From Gordius albopunctatus (Eukaryota), in assembly GCA_964276515.1 (NCBI GenBank), contig OZ193909.1:744001-808000 (forward strand): DNA of 64,000 nt, written 5' to 3'. The notes below the pieces were generated by a model, which ran no database searches, was not told the origin of the DNA, and saw only the letters and a program-made list of their open reading frames with translations. A program made the translations under genes and the position numbers. Below, piece by piece: positions 34,641 through 48,879 of the stretch (position 1 is the stretch's first letter; each line of letters begins with the position of its first letter).

Positions 34641-37419
34641 ACTAAAATCGCGGTTTAAGTCATTTAGGACAAACCATCAAATGGTACCTGAGAATTCGAA
34701 TTCTCGATCTGCAATTTTCGATAATCTCATTCATTTTACATGACCATTTGAAACACCTGGGGTTTCAGATGCAAGAAAATCACCAATTGGAGAATCACAT
34801 TGTGCAAAAATTAGGTTATAAGTTTATTTGTGTCAAAGAAAAGCCGTAAAATAGTAGTGTGGAGTAGGAATCTTTGGAAATAATCGCTAAATGCTTGACC
34901 GATGGATTTGAAAATTCTTGCATGTTCAAGCGTGAAGCAGGATTCAAAAGGAACAATGTAAGAAGTAGGATTCGCAAGGAGGTAAATTCGTAGATTGAAT
35001 TCTTTAAGTAAAAAGTCAGGAATTCCTGTCATAGTTGGTTGAGCAATCTTTACCGTTATCTATATTACACATACACAATTAATCTGCCTACAAAACTCCA
35101 TTGCTAATTTGCTACAGCATAAATTTTAATTTATTTTACTACTTAGGCAATATTCATTTCTCTCTCTATTTAATTAATTTACACAATGTTTGACTTGAAT
35201 TTAATTTCTCATTTAAGATTATGAATTTAATAAGGACTCTATATCTATATAAAACTTATTTGATACTTTATTATTCTAAATTTATGTGTCACTTTATTTA
35301 AACCATTTAACATTAATCTAATACAAACCTTCTTGAAAAGCAACTATAAGATTACCACATATGCCTAAGTATAGGTTCAGTGTAAATCGCTGTGGCCCAA
35401 TTTTTATTACTTATAACAATATGCAAATATATCTGGTACATCTAATCAAATGGCTGGGCTCTAGTTTATGTTATAATAACTTAATCTTTCATTAATTCTT
35501 CAATGTAACTATAAGAAGTCCAACCCTGAAGTGACTTATACGATCTATAATATCCCATTCTCAAAAGGATTATCCTATATTCCTTTATAGGTTTGAAAGA
35601 AAAATAATTAAACTACAAATAGTAATCTTAGAAGTTATATGCAAGAGACTAAATTAGCATATAAAATTCTTGAGTTCTTTACCATCTAGTTCCTCTACAT
35701 CCAGATCTTAAATCACTTCCCCTTTCACTCTCAATTAGTTCCTCCTCTTCACTGGAGGTTTAAAACAAAATAGTTTAACTAATCTGAACAATATATACTT
35801 ATTCTTACTTTTACTCTTTTACTATAAGAATCTGAACTTGAGGTTCAAAACAATCATAAATTAAAATACCCACAGCTGATTACAATAATATCAATAACTA
35901 TTATTGAGGCAACAATGAAATTTTCAGGAAATGTAACTTTACACAATCATAAAAACTACAATAAAAAAACACCAAATTTCTAAATCTAAAATTATTTAAG
36001 TTGTGCTTTCGAGGGGTTTTTTAGACCCCATGAAAAGGGCTAAATTAAAATTAAAATTGTTTCCAGTTCGTAAATATCTCCTTTTAATTAAACATTTTTT
36101 TACTTGAAATATTTGACGTACTAATACTATATTGGTAATAAGTAATAACTATAATCACAACATATCAAAAAAAGACCAGGCGTTTAATTAATAATTTCAA
36201 ATCGTAACTCCTGCCCCTCTAGAGTATTGGTCTATAAACAGACCTGCTCGTTCTATAAATAAAAATGGAAATAAATCTAAGTGTGATAAATTCTCTTTAG
36301 CGCCTTGAATGTCTCGTTAAAATATGAAATGCTATAACCCCCACTCCCCTTTCTCATGTATATGCTGGCACCACTCAAATAAGACCCTCATTCTCCAACT
36401 CATTTAATCCTAGGTCTAGTCTCCCTCAGGAGTATATACGTTCATTAAATAAAAAACAAAATATCCAAGATTAAGTCTAGTCTACACCTCTATTAATAAA
36501 CGATCTATTCACTTCTTAATCCGATTTAATATGGGCAGAGTTAAACCAACAGAAAATTCCATAACGCCAAGTAAGAAATACTCAGTTTTAATTCAATCAG
36601 TGTTTACTCTTTTTGAACTCAGATTTAACTACAAATTGCTTAGACCGTTATAATATAAATGTTAAGTAATTTACCATTTTTTTCCACTATAATTATTGTC
36701 TACATTGCCGTAAGAATGAAGGCCTAGAAAGCTTGTTAAAACTGATTATTAGGTTAGAGACCTCTGGAAGAATTTCATTCATTGTAGTAAATGACGAAAA
36801 CAAATTTAACGACTATTTAAATATGTTTATATTGCCTCTAACTTTAATTAAATGAGGAAAAATAAATTTCTCAATTAGGGTTATTAAAATAAATAAAAAC
36901 AATAAACAAATCGGGAAACGTAAACAACATAATAAAAATTATTTACAGATTTAGGGCATATCTCACCTCCATACCTCATTGGTTCAAATCCCGTATTTAC
37001 AAATTTAATTTAAATCTTAAACCATTTTACATAAAAACTCAACAAGCATAGATAAAATTCTGAACGAACTAACAAAGATCGCTGCATTAAATTTAGAAGT
37101 TTATCAAAAACCTTGACAAACTAGATTCAAAATACAAATAAAAAAAATTCTATACAAAATAATTTGTGCACTTTAAATGTTACTCAACATTTGCCCTTCA
37201 TCACTAGATCTAAAATACCGTAAAGAATAATCACCATTTAGCAGTCTTAGATGACACCCACACATAAAGATATCTTTAGGCTCCCCTTTTTCTGACAAAA
37301 TCTGAAACAGCAAACGCCATACTGTCACAACTGCTTGCAATTTATACCCTCAAACTAGAAACGAGTCTTTCATATACCCTCCTTGCTACCTACGTATCCC
37401 AACAGATAAATAAATATGA

Positions 37420-40200
37420 AATTAAACATTGAATCTATAAACATCAACTCACTAATGATACAAGGAAACCAGCAACTAATGCTCATGTAGGCCCGTAAAC
37501 ATAAACTTGACGTGCTATGTCTACAACAAACTCGTATTCCTTTCTCAAGAACGTATACATACCCCGACTATAAACTTTATCACTCCGGGGTTACCGACAA
37601 CCCAGCTTCAGGAGTTTCCGCGCTGGTAAACAGACCTCTCACTGTCTCGAGCGTCAATTGGGTCAACGATAGAATTATAATACTAAACCTAAAAGTGGGA
37701 GCCCGCACAGTGTTAATTATAAATGTTTATGCACCAACTGCATCATACAAACTACAGATCCTTAAAGAATTTTTCGGAGTTATTGTAAAGGCAACAAAAG
37801 ATCTGACTTCTAGGGCAGTGCCAATAATAATAGGAGACCTCAATGCCTCTGTTCCTCTTACGTACCGGGATGACACCAACATAATCGGCCAAAACACGTT
37901 GGGCTACAATAATAGGAATAAAATTTTCTTAAAAAAATGGTGTAAAGAGTATAGATGGCGAATTGCTTCCACCTTTTCTCAACTTCCCAACGACCAGCTG
38001 GCTACCTTCCGTGGTACAAATACCTCTCGACAAAGTCAAATTGACCACATACTCTGTCCACTTTAAGATTCTCAAAAACTTCCGAGTTATTCAATGTCCC
38101 GTTACAGAGAACGCAGACCACCGGGTGATTACCGCACAACTAGTAATAAAATCAGCCACTCTACATGTACCCCGTACAAACAACCCCAATAGTAAGACCA
38201 CAAGGCATAACAGGCAATCTTGAGTTTAAAGATAATCTTCTCCTTAAAGTTAAATATACTGTTTTCTCAAAGCTCACAGTCAACGAACACAGCATTGAGT
38301 TATCAAAGATATTTGCTAACCCAGCCAAACAAAAAAACCGCATCAAGACGAAAACATGGTTTTCCCAGAAGACACGGGATCTGTTAAAAACAAGGACAAA
38401 TTTATTTCATTGCAAGAAGGATCTCCCGTTCAAACACTCATGCTTGACTGCCCTTAGCAAGCCTATCAAATCAAGTATACGACAATACAAGATAACATTA
38501 ATCAATTCTAAAGCAAGTGAGGCAGAATCAGCTGCGCGTTCGAACAATAGTCATCGCCTGTTTAAAATTATTGATACCCTTAAATACAATACATTAGCTA
38601 AGCGCACCCATTATAACATAAAATCAGACAACAGCTCTAACGATTCGATATACCAGACAAAAGCTTGGGAAGCCCACTTCTGTTCTATTCTATCCCCCCC
38701 CCCCATTCGCCCGTCTCTGTATTGGACATCTATAAAGAATTTATCAAGAACTTCAGAGGACATCCGCCGCTCCCGATTGATACACTTCCGCCATCCATTT
38801 CCGAGATTGTTAGCGCGATCAGAGCTCGATTCTCACCTATCTGGAAAACTTCTATACCACCTTTTTTACAAAGTCTGGGAAAATGAGGAATTGCCAAACT
38901 CTTGGTAGTTAAGCCGCCTTAATAAACTATTCAAGAAAGGAGACCCTTCTGATCCAAACAACTATCGGGGAGTGACAATTTTAAACCTTTAATCAAAGCT
39001 CTTTATCAAAGTATTATACGATAGGCTCTACAATCAGATAGATGATATCCGTAGACAAAACCAAGCGGGGTTCAGGAGGAGTCCTTATGTCTATTGGGAA
39101 TACCAAAGAAGATAATCAGAATCATTTTTCTTATATGCGCAGCGCAGACATGAAGGTAGTTATCTCTCACCTTCATCATTTATCAGACCCAATTCTCGTG
39201 ACGACGGGAGTCAGACAAGGCTGCCCATTATTATAGTGATGGATCTGATAATGAAAAGATCAATATTTCCTCCGATGGCATTACGTTAAACGAGACTATG
39301 CTATCCTCACTCATCTTTTCCGACGACTTATGTCTGGTGCCAACCTCTACAAAGAAGGCCGAATCTATGGTGGACAGATTCTCCGATCAGGCAAAACAAG
39401 CTGGACTATATATAAATGTCGACAAATGTGCGATGATAACACTAAACGTTCCCTCAGAGGATAAGGTACTGATCAATAACAACCCTATTAATGTGACCCA
39501 CAAAGTTCGATACCTTGGAGTAGACCTCACAACAGACATCTATGCCGGAGTAGATGTGGAGTCAAAATTACAACGCACCCTTGTTAAATTTCACTCTTGT
39601 ACCGCCATATGGAGGTCCCGCCACTTGACGCTCCCTACACGACTCAGGATTTTCAAAGTAATGATCCTACCAGTTCTGTTATACGGGTGTGAATCCTGGT
39701 CTTTAAAAGCACCTACCCTAAAAAGCTTCAAGTCAACGTGAATAAAATGCTGCGGATAGTCTGTAGAATTTTATACCCTAATATAATATCAAACGAACTT
39801 GTGGGTTCGGTGCAAAATTCCTCCTATAAAAAATATAATTTCAACCAGAAAATGGGACTTCTTAGCCCATCAGGCAAGAAGAAAAGGAACTAATTATTGT
39901 TCATCATCCCTGTTCTGGCATCCCCTCTATTAAGGGGTCGCACGTGCAATAATAGTTGGCTGTACAAAGTATTCCGCGGCATGCAAACCCGAGGTAAAGA
40001 TTGGATCTCGTTACAAGCTATTATGCATGATAGAAAATCATGGAAAAATTTCTCGGAAACCCATGTTTCTCGCCTCCACTAATACGACTTTATTCTTACC
40101 CATAATCTAATGCTTAATTATTAACCATAACCCACACTTAAGGTACATTAACTTATTATCATGCATATTTACACTGCTTAATACATACATTTGTTACAGG
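37420..40200 (+). mobile_element. Degenerate LINE (RTE-like): APE endonuclease plus reverse transcriptase
   Basis: LCLQQT, INVYAPT, IIGDLNA, SQIDHIL; LFKKGD...NYRGVT, GVRQGCPL, FSDDL, RYLGV, VLLYGCESW. Broken by stops and frameshifts. Confidence 0.9.
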
Positions 40201-40341
40201 AATAAAATCACATGTTAGCAATAACGTGTCCTTAAGCGCCATTTGGCGTGAGGAGGGGCTTAACCTTAGATTGTACTTACTAAGTTCTTGGGCGTCTTCG
40301 GGGCAAAAAATACCATCAAATCATTCATTCACATTTTTGGA

Positions 40342-43300
40342 ATGATAAAGGGTCATGAGATAGGATTTGAAATAAAAGAAGAAGCAAATTTATGGAAACC
40401 TGATTATACAACTAATAATAACCTTAAACCATCTAATCCTACAAAAATGACACACCAAAAAGTTCCAAAGATTGAAGAGCTTTTTAAGTCAGATGGTTAT
40501 TTGCGCAGTTATGAAGGGGAATTAACAAGAAGGTAACATAGAAGGCTTCTTTTTATTTGTTGGCTATTAGGTATAACTGTCTTTTGGACGTTGTTCATAA
40601 AATTGATAAGAGTGAGGGTGGTTTTGAAAAATTCACTCGTGGATATGAAGAATATGGTATACAAGTGACTCCTGAAAATGGAATTAGATGTCTAGAATGG
40701 GCACCCGGAGCCAAGGCACTCTTTTTAAGGGGGACTTTCAGTAATTTTTATTTAAGAATAATTACATACCAAGAGTTTTATTAAACATGTTACTTAATAT
40801 TTGTGGATTTGTTTAATTTTAAAAAGCAAATACTTAATTTATTGATTTAATGTTAGGTTGATTGCTTCTTTCGGAAGTTTAGGTTGAAGTCTGAATATAA
40901 TAAATGTATTTATTGTATATTTTATTATATATACAGATTTTATTTAAATTTAATGTTATTAGATGATTGGAAAATGGGTGAGAACAAGTTTGAATCATTA
41001 CCCTTTGGCAAATGGCAGCTTTATATACCACCATTAGAGGATGGAAGTTGTCCTATCAAACATAAAAGTGCCCTAAAAGTAAGATTAAATTTCAATAAAA
41101 ATTATTTAGAAACATGCAATAACTTAACTTAATTTATTTTTCAATTATAAAATAGTTTTTCCAATGAATAGAAAATTCAATTGAACAAATGTTTAATATT
41201 TAAACCCCAAAATGCTATTATAAATTTAAGACAATTTTAATTAATATTTTATAATTTTTTAAATTTGAAGTTAGTTGTGGAGGATAAGCATGGTAAAATG
41301 CTGGATAGAATTAGTCCATGGGCAACCTATGTAAAACCTCCAGAAGGCTCCATTGTTTATGAACAAGTTTTCTGGAATCCACCAACCAATGAAGTCACTT
41401 ACCTTTTAAATCAGCTTATTTATCTTATTTCATGTGAAAATATTAATTTTTAAGTTTTATTTAACAAATTAAATTAATTTTAGAGGTACGAGTTTAAATA
41501 TCTAAATCCCAAACAGCCCGATCGTTTGAGGATATATGAAGCACATGTAGGAATTGCTTCTTGGGAAGGCAAAGTTTCTTCATATACTAACTTTGCAGAT
41601 AATGTCATCCCACACATTATAGATGCAGGTTATATAATTTTATTTTTAATGATTATTTATCTTTTTATTTTTGCTTATTTTAAATGTTCTAAGAATATTA
41701 TTTTTTGAAATTATGATAAACTTTAGCATCATAAATTAATGTAATCTCAAGTGGAGCAAAATTGTTAGGTTTTACAGTGCCGATATTAGACACCTTTAAA
41801 AAGATGTTTTTATTAACAATGAAAAAATTGATTTGTGTCGTTTGATAAGTTTTACAACAAAATGATTTAATTACAAAAAAAGTTGAAAATTAATTAATTT
41901 GTGAAATTATTTTACTTGTTTATTTTATAACTAGGTTATAACGCGATACAATTAATGGCTATCATGGAACACGCATTTTACGCAAGTTTCGGGTATCAGG
42001 TCACTAGCTTCTTCGCCATCTCGAGGCACGATCAAACACTTTTCCCTAAATATTATATTTTCAAATTTAAAATATTAAATAAATCTTTTTAATATCGATC
42101 TTAATTAGATTTTGGGACAAATTTTTCAGTTCTTGAACGGAAATAGGTCTTATTAATTGGGGTAAATCATCTAGTTAATATATAAGACAATTTTAAAATA
42201 AAAGATGGCGTTTTGAGCGATTACCTTATAGCTTTAGAAGATGATTAAGATTTTGACCTTGGTAAAATGTGAAGAAGATAACACTAAACTTTTACTTTGA
42301 GTGGGGAGGAGGGGCCGCTGCCCCCCCCCCCTTTAAATCCAAAAATTCCTCAAAATTTAATAGAATTAACATTTTACTTCTCCCTAAATCATTATTGCTT
42401 CCCCCCTGAAGATCCAATTCTGGCTACAGCCATTGGGCGATCATTGAATTTTGATGCACATTTCCAATTTTTTTGCTGCGAATTGTGAAAAATTGGGGAT
42501 TCCAACATTTTTTCTAACTTTTTCGATTTTCGATTTCAAATCGTAAATTCGCACTCTTGTACAGTCGTTTCGGTACGCCGGAGGAATTGAAGAGACTCGT
42601 AGACGTAGCGCATTCGAAAAATTTGGTCGTACTGCTGGATGTTGTTCACAGCCACGCCTGTAAAAATACCGCGGATGGCTTGAATGAATTTGACGGCACG
42701 GATTCTTGCTACTTTCATTCAGGACCTCGGGGCACTAATACCCTCTGGGACAGTCGACTTTTCGATTACACTCAGTATGCTATCTTGAAAGGGCTGGGGG
42801 GATTTTGTTTGCTCGACCTTTGGGGTTCAATGAAGACTAACGGTCCACTCTGGTCTGTTTTTCAAATTTCGACTAAGCCTAGTGGTCTTCTACTAAGAAA
42901 AAGAGACCAAAAAGTCTTTGGTCCTGTGATGTTTAGTCCACTAAGACCAAAGGTCCATTTAACAAAACCCCCCAGTCGTTTTCACAACACTACCTTTGAC
43001 TATGTTATACTGTCTTTAATAAGATTTAAGATTGGACCTTGAAATTGAGTTGCAATTTTTGGGACACGTTTGCGGGTCATACCTATAGGACTTTTTTGGG
43101 AAAATATTTATGATTTCCTAATTTTTTATGTTTTGTTCGCGTTTAGCTAGGGGAAAATTTATTTAACATTAGTTGTTATTGTGTTTGTCGTTTGAATTGT
43201 AGATGGGAAGTTTTACGGTTTCTTTTGTCAAATTTGCGGTGGTACATGCAAGAATACCGTTTCGACGGTTTTCGTTTCGATGGCGCTACATCTATGATAT

Positions 43301-46300
43301 ATCACGACCATGGCCTCGGTATGTTCTTCCAATAATATGAATCTCCTACTATAACTCGTTTAAATTTACCTCCTAGATATTCTATTTTATGCAACAATTC
43401 AATACTTAGCTTTTAATAAAGTCTCTAAATTTTAAAGATTAAAATAAAATACTTTTACAATTTGGTTGGATATAAATTTGAGATCTTGAATCAATATTGT
43501 ATTTCGTGGCTTGAAAATTTGAAATGAGTAAATTTATAATTGAAGCAGACGATATTCGATGGTTGGTAGCGTTTGAAATCTATAAATTTTATATATTTAA
43601 TTCGATAATTGCAGGACACAATTTTTCCGGACATTACGACGAATATTTTGGGCTTGGAGTGGATACGGAATCAGTTACATACCTTACCCTAGCGAATTAC
43701 ATGTTGCACGGAATATATCCTTACGTGACCACGATTGCAGAGGTGAAAGACTTACTCGGTTTTTGAGGACTTTTACATATTGTTAAGTTGCCAAGTTTTT
43801 TTTAGTAACTTGCTCAGTTTTTAAGTCTTTATCTACTATAAATTTCCTTTTTCACTCTTAAGTAGTAGCGATTTTTATCTATTGATGAATAAGTGTATAA
43901 TTAAGAGATGGCTATGTTACATTACGTAGGAAGTGTCTGGGATGCCCAATTTATGTAGACCAATCGATGAAGGAGGTATTGGGTTCGATTATAGACTCGC
44001 CATGGCCATACCCGATATGTGGATCAAGGTAGTACATCTCTGAACAAAAATATAGAATTCATACTTTTCAAAAGCTCATCTAAGTTTGTGTTTCAAATGT
44101 TAAAAATTACGCGAGTAATTTGATTTCTCTAATCAGTTTTTTGAGACAGGATTTAGATTTTTTGGACAGTTTCGCAATTATCCGGTATAAAGTAACAACC
44201 TAGAGAAGTTGGCAAAGGAAATTTATATGATCAGGGTAATCAGTCGGGCACAAAAATGAAAGATGGGCTGAGGCGAGGGCAAGAAAAATTAAAGCCAAAC
44301 AGCGGTCATTAGCTAGACTATATGTGATAGCAAAATAAAAGAAGTCTTTTACGGAAGCATAAGTCACCATCATCCATTAAAAACCCATATAAGTTTTCGC
44401 AGGAATTATTAATAAATTACAAGTTGGACAGGACAGGACAGGCGGAGGGACAACCTAGAGTGAGCATAATGAGCTAAGGTGGTCACGTGTTTCACGTTTA
44501 TAATATTAAGTGTTGTTTGTTACAGTATTTAGCAAGGTGAAAGAAGGTACAGCAATGCTTTCTTTTATTTCTAAATCCGCTTGAGAACAAGTTTTTACGG
44601 AACTTAATAAAGGCGCATACGTTAATTTTATATTTTTGCACTGCCAGTTGTTGAAGAATTACAAGGATGAAGATTGGGACATGAGCAGTATCGTGGCAGT
44701 CCTAACTAACCGAAGGTGGAAGGAAAATAATATCGCCTACGCCGAAAGCCACGATCAAGCTCTGGTCGGCGATAAGACTATCGCATTTTGGTACATTTAA
44801 CCTTTTCAAACTCGAAAAACAACGTCTCGTCCCGTCCAAATAATTTTTTCTCCTTACATTTTGCAATAAAGGCTGATGGACAAGGAGATGTACGATTTCA
44901 TGTCGGTCTCAGTACCCGAAACTCCTATCATAGATCGTGGCATCGCGCTTCACAAAATGATTCGCATGATCACCAATGCCTTGGGTGGAGAGGGATACCT
45001 CAATTTCATCGGTTAGCAGTATTTGTTTGGGCCACCTTGGTCTCCCCGATTCTTACTCCCTTTCAAACCCCTTTGCTCTTTTTACCTTTACTTGACTAAA
45101 ACCAAGTGTGAACCAGGCAAAACCCCCAGCCCCTTTTACAACACTAATCATAGCGAGCACAAAATTAGATTTCACATTATCACCTATTTTATAAGCTTAG
45201 AAAGGATATATGTATGTTTGCTGGATTTTCAATCACTTGCTATGTTTTGAAGGTCCAAAATTTTGATTTCTCAATAGTCTCTAGCAAAATTTGTTTTAAA
45301 ATCTTCGCTCCGAACCCCGTACCTGTCACATTTTATAGCTAAACTGCCTGCCCGTGTCCTCCCGATCATGCCTTTAAATTTTTACCAATAATTTCCTTAT
45401 AGATTTTTGAAATTTTTTTGATTTTATTTCCTTTTTTGTGTCTGATTAGAACTTCGATCAGCAGCATAGCCAGGGAGAGAGGGGGGCAGGGAGAGCCGGT
45501 TGCCCCCCTCTAAATCCAAATATTAGGGGAAAATTATTAAGATTATGGCTAAAATTTCAAAAAAATTCTCGTTTTGCCCCTCCCCGGTCCACAGGCCGGA
45601 CTTCCGAAGTCTCGATTTAATTTTTTATAACTATCAGGAAACGAATTCGGGCATCCGGAATGGTTGGATTTCCCAAGGGCGGGCAACAACAACAGCTTCC
45701 ATTACGCCCGAAGGCAATTCAACCTGATGTCGGATCCCAATCTCCGCTACAAATTTTTGTACGCTTTCGACAAGGCCATGAATCATCTCGAAATGAAATA
45801 CGATTGGCTCGGTTCGCCCCAGGTATACATTTTTATAACTTTAAACAACGGTCATTATTTACTTATTTAGTGGGAAGGAACTATAGTTTTTCTTGATAAA
45901 CTCAAGTTTGTAGGAGACGCGGAATGGGAGGGGACATTTTTAACGTGGGTCAACTAATAATTCATTTGTTTTAATGACTAAAGATCTGCAACGGGCCGTT
46001 TTTAGAAGATCCGCCCGTCCGTACTCCTTTTACAAAATGCTGGCCGCGCAGATCTCTAATAATGACTTTAAGGCACCATCTTAACGATCCTCGGATCCCT
46101 AAATTATCCTAAAAGTCTAGATGTTTTCCGTTTAGTGCAAAGCTTATGTCTCTACTTTAATGTTGTGTCGACAGTTAGTCTTAATTAAACCGATGTTCGA
46201 CCAAACAAAACCAGCGCTTTTCACGACATTACTCTATTTTATGGTGATATTAACGGGCAGGCGTACGTCAGTTTGAAGCATCAAGATGACAAGGTTATAG

Positions 46301-46884
46301 TGTTTGAAAGGGCTGGCCTCGTATTTGCCTTCAACTTTAATCCCACCAAAAGTTTCCCGGACTACAGGATCGGGGTTCAAGAGGCGGGAAAGTAAATTTA
46401 TAACGGCAAAATTATATAACGACCTTTATAATTATTACGATGTGTGTGTGCGCGCGTTTTTTTATGCTTTTTGTGCGAACATTGATAGAAACTTTTTAAT
46501 GATTTATACGCGTGCTAGGTACAAGATAGTTCTCAATTCCGACGACGAGAAGTTCGGAGGCCATGTTAGGCTAGATGATACTGTAGATTTTTTCACGTAC
46601 CCCGAACCTTGGAACCATCGCAACAACTCAATGATGGTAAATAGAGTAGTGTTGTGAAAGGGCTGGATGTCTGGTCTTTTTCCAAATTTCGACCAACACC
46701 GAGGGTCGACCATACGAAACCCAGCTGTTTTAACAACACTCGAATATAGAACATTTTAAATAAAACGATTTGTACAAATATAATGTTTTCCACAATTTTT
46801 AATGTTAACATTTTTTTTGTATTTTACATCTCTTAGATATACATCCCGTGCCGTGTTTGTGTGATATTTGCCAAAATGGAATAA
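40342..46884 (+). CDS. GBE1: 1,4-alpha-glucan branching enzyme (GH13), 16 exons, apparently intact
   Basis: Exons 40342-40532, 40571-40740, 40963-41078, 41271-41393, 41484-41628, 41935-42025, 42565-42774, 43203-43318, 43615-43742, 43930-44028, 44648-44790, 44872-45011, 45638-45822, 46261-46391, 46519-46636, 46837-46884. Motifs [42 protein letters not shown] and [14 protein letters not shown]. Confidence 0.96.
45979..46058. mobile_element. 80-bp hAT-type mini-MITE in a GBE1 intron
   Basis: taaagatctgc / gcagatctcta ends; TSD ttaatgac/ataatgac. Confidence 0.65.
46647..46741. mobile_element. Short TAGTGTTGT-family MITE in the last GBE1 intron
   Basis: tagtgttgtgaaagggctgg ... ccagctgttttaacaacact. 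Related ends at ~42992, ~45146 and ~47413. Confidence 0.65.
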
Positions 46885-47738
46885 AGCAATCTTTATCTTT
46901 CAACATCAATGATAATCTCTCCAAAATTTTAATTTTATTTTAATCTAGAAATATTTAATTTACCATATGTTAAATGCATTGTAGACAAATGGTCAAAGCT
47001 CTAAAAAACCCAAAATTTGGTTTTTTATTTTACATACACACAATTACATTTATCTTATATTTTGTTTTTATCAAACTTACTAGCTACCCTAGTATTGTAT
47101 TATGTTACAAAAATGTGAATTTAAAATTATATGACACACCTAAAGTTAAATATTATTAATATATTGTTATATCTAAAGACTCTGCGCCCCTGATTCTTTA
47201 ATGTTTCACAAATATATATATACGGATTAGTAGAAATGTTAGATAATTATAACCAATAAATTTGTTTTTTGATTTTCAATACAATTTGCAAATTAAATAA
47301 GAATTTTTAAGTTTTCGTGAGCATAAATGGGTATTGAGCATGGAGTCGATCGTTAGTCTTAGTTAAACCGAATGATGTCGACCAAATAAACCCCAGCCGT
47401 TTTGCAACATTAGCATATAATAAGAAGGGACACGAATGATGTAAGTCTCGAAAAGTGCTGGCTGGACGTGGAGGTACCGGGGAAGAGGACGATCTCGTGC
47501 CACATGGAAAGTTGTGAATGCTAAGAATATGAATCAAAACATGGCCCCCTTACCCGATCAAGATGGAAGAAACTCAGCTAAACAAACCCATAGACTGTGG
47601 GATTAAATACTGAGCATAGTCAACTAAAACTACTTTGCATTTTTATTAATATTTCTTAAAATACAATGCCAAATTTTACATTCATACGAGTTGTAGCATA
47701 AAATACAGAATTTTTCCAATACTATTTTCTCTGGGTTT

Positions 47739-48879
47739 TCAATAATAAATGTTCCATCTTCCAGAAGGATCTGTAAAGATTAAAAAACATAGAAAAAATA
47801 AAATAATGCAATAATATTAAAATCGTTTACTTCTGATCATTTCATCGTCGACTTGCCCATAAGAATTTTCTGATCTGCGATTGACTTTTTCAGCCTTTAA
47901 ATTTTGCGCGTTCGGAGATTCCATTGGATTGCCCAGAAAGGTGTAATCGCCCACCTTATATTCGTAGGGTAGGGCTCCGTGTTTTAAAGCACCCGTTTTT
48001 ACTTTGCCTCCTGTGCCAATCATAATTATTTATTGATTGATTATCGATTCCAATAAATAATTAATTTACCCGATCGGATAGTCTTTTTATCCGTGGCAAC
48101 TTTTTTGTCGTATTTCAACTCACCAGCCCTAGCTTTCTTCCACCCTCTGCGTCGTTCCTCGCCTATGAATATTGAGAGAAAAAAAATTAAAGAAATTTTA
48201 TGATATTCGCCAGTTGTTTACCTTCATAGGTTTCGGCATTTTGAGCACCATCCAATAGATATTCTAAAAAGATGTTTTTGGACAAAAAATAATTTATAAA
48301 TAAATATTAAATAGAAATTAAGATAAATGTCTACTTTTCTGTTCGTTTCTCCAAGGGGCCAAATATTCGTTGTTTTGTTCGTAAGGCTGATAAGATTCTA
48401 CAGCAAAAATAAAATATTTATAATTTCAATTTTTTGTTAATAATTTTATTTTTACCGAAATTATAATTTTTTCCTCTCATTTCTTCGTCATTCGAATGTG
48501 CTAATGGGGGAAATTGATCATCATTTGCAGTGTATTCATCGTTAAATAGCAAGGCACCTTTATAAATTTAATAAAAATTAATGTTTATTAAAAATAATCA
48601 GTAATTTCTTTAAAAAAAATTGATAATAAAAGAATTTTAAAAAATAATTTTCTCTATTTTTTAATTAAAAAAATTTAATGTAAATTGCCTGGTTCTGGTT
48701 CCTCCATGCGTTCGTAATAACTTCTATCTGCAACTGGGAAAAAATCTGAAATTATAAACAAAAATGAATTCATTTATTTCACAAATATAATTAAATTTGA
48801 AGGAAAAAATATACTTACCTCCGAATTGGAATAATATTACCAATATTAAAATTATAATATTTCCTGTAAAACTTTTCAT
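47739..48879 (-). CDS. Orphan secreted protein (~209 aa), 8 exons, all introns phase 1
   Basis: Exons 48879-48819, 48745-48689, 48557-48456, 48397-48335, 48263-48222, 48162-48070, 48010-47831 and 47770-47739 join in frame (630 nt). Signal peptide MKSFTGNIIILILVILFQFG; ends NPSGRWNIYY*. Confidence 0.72.

Noticed and set aside
34811..35060. Additional coding exon upstream of shugoshin
   Set aside because: An acceptor-like site and an open frame exist, but I could not join them to a gene or recognise a domain.
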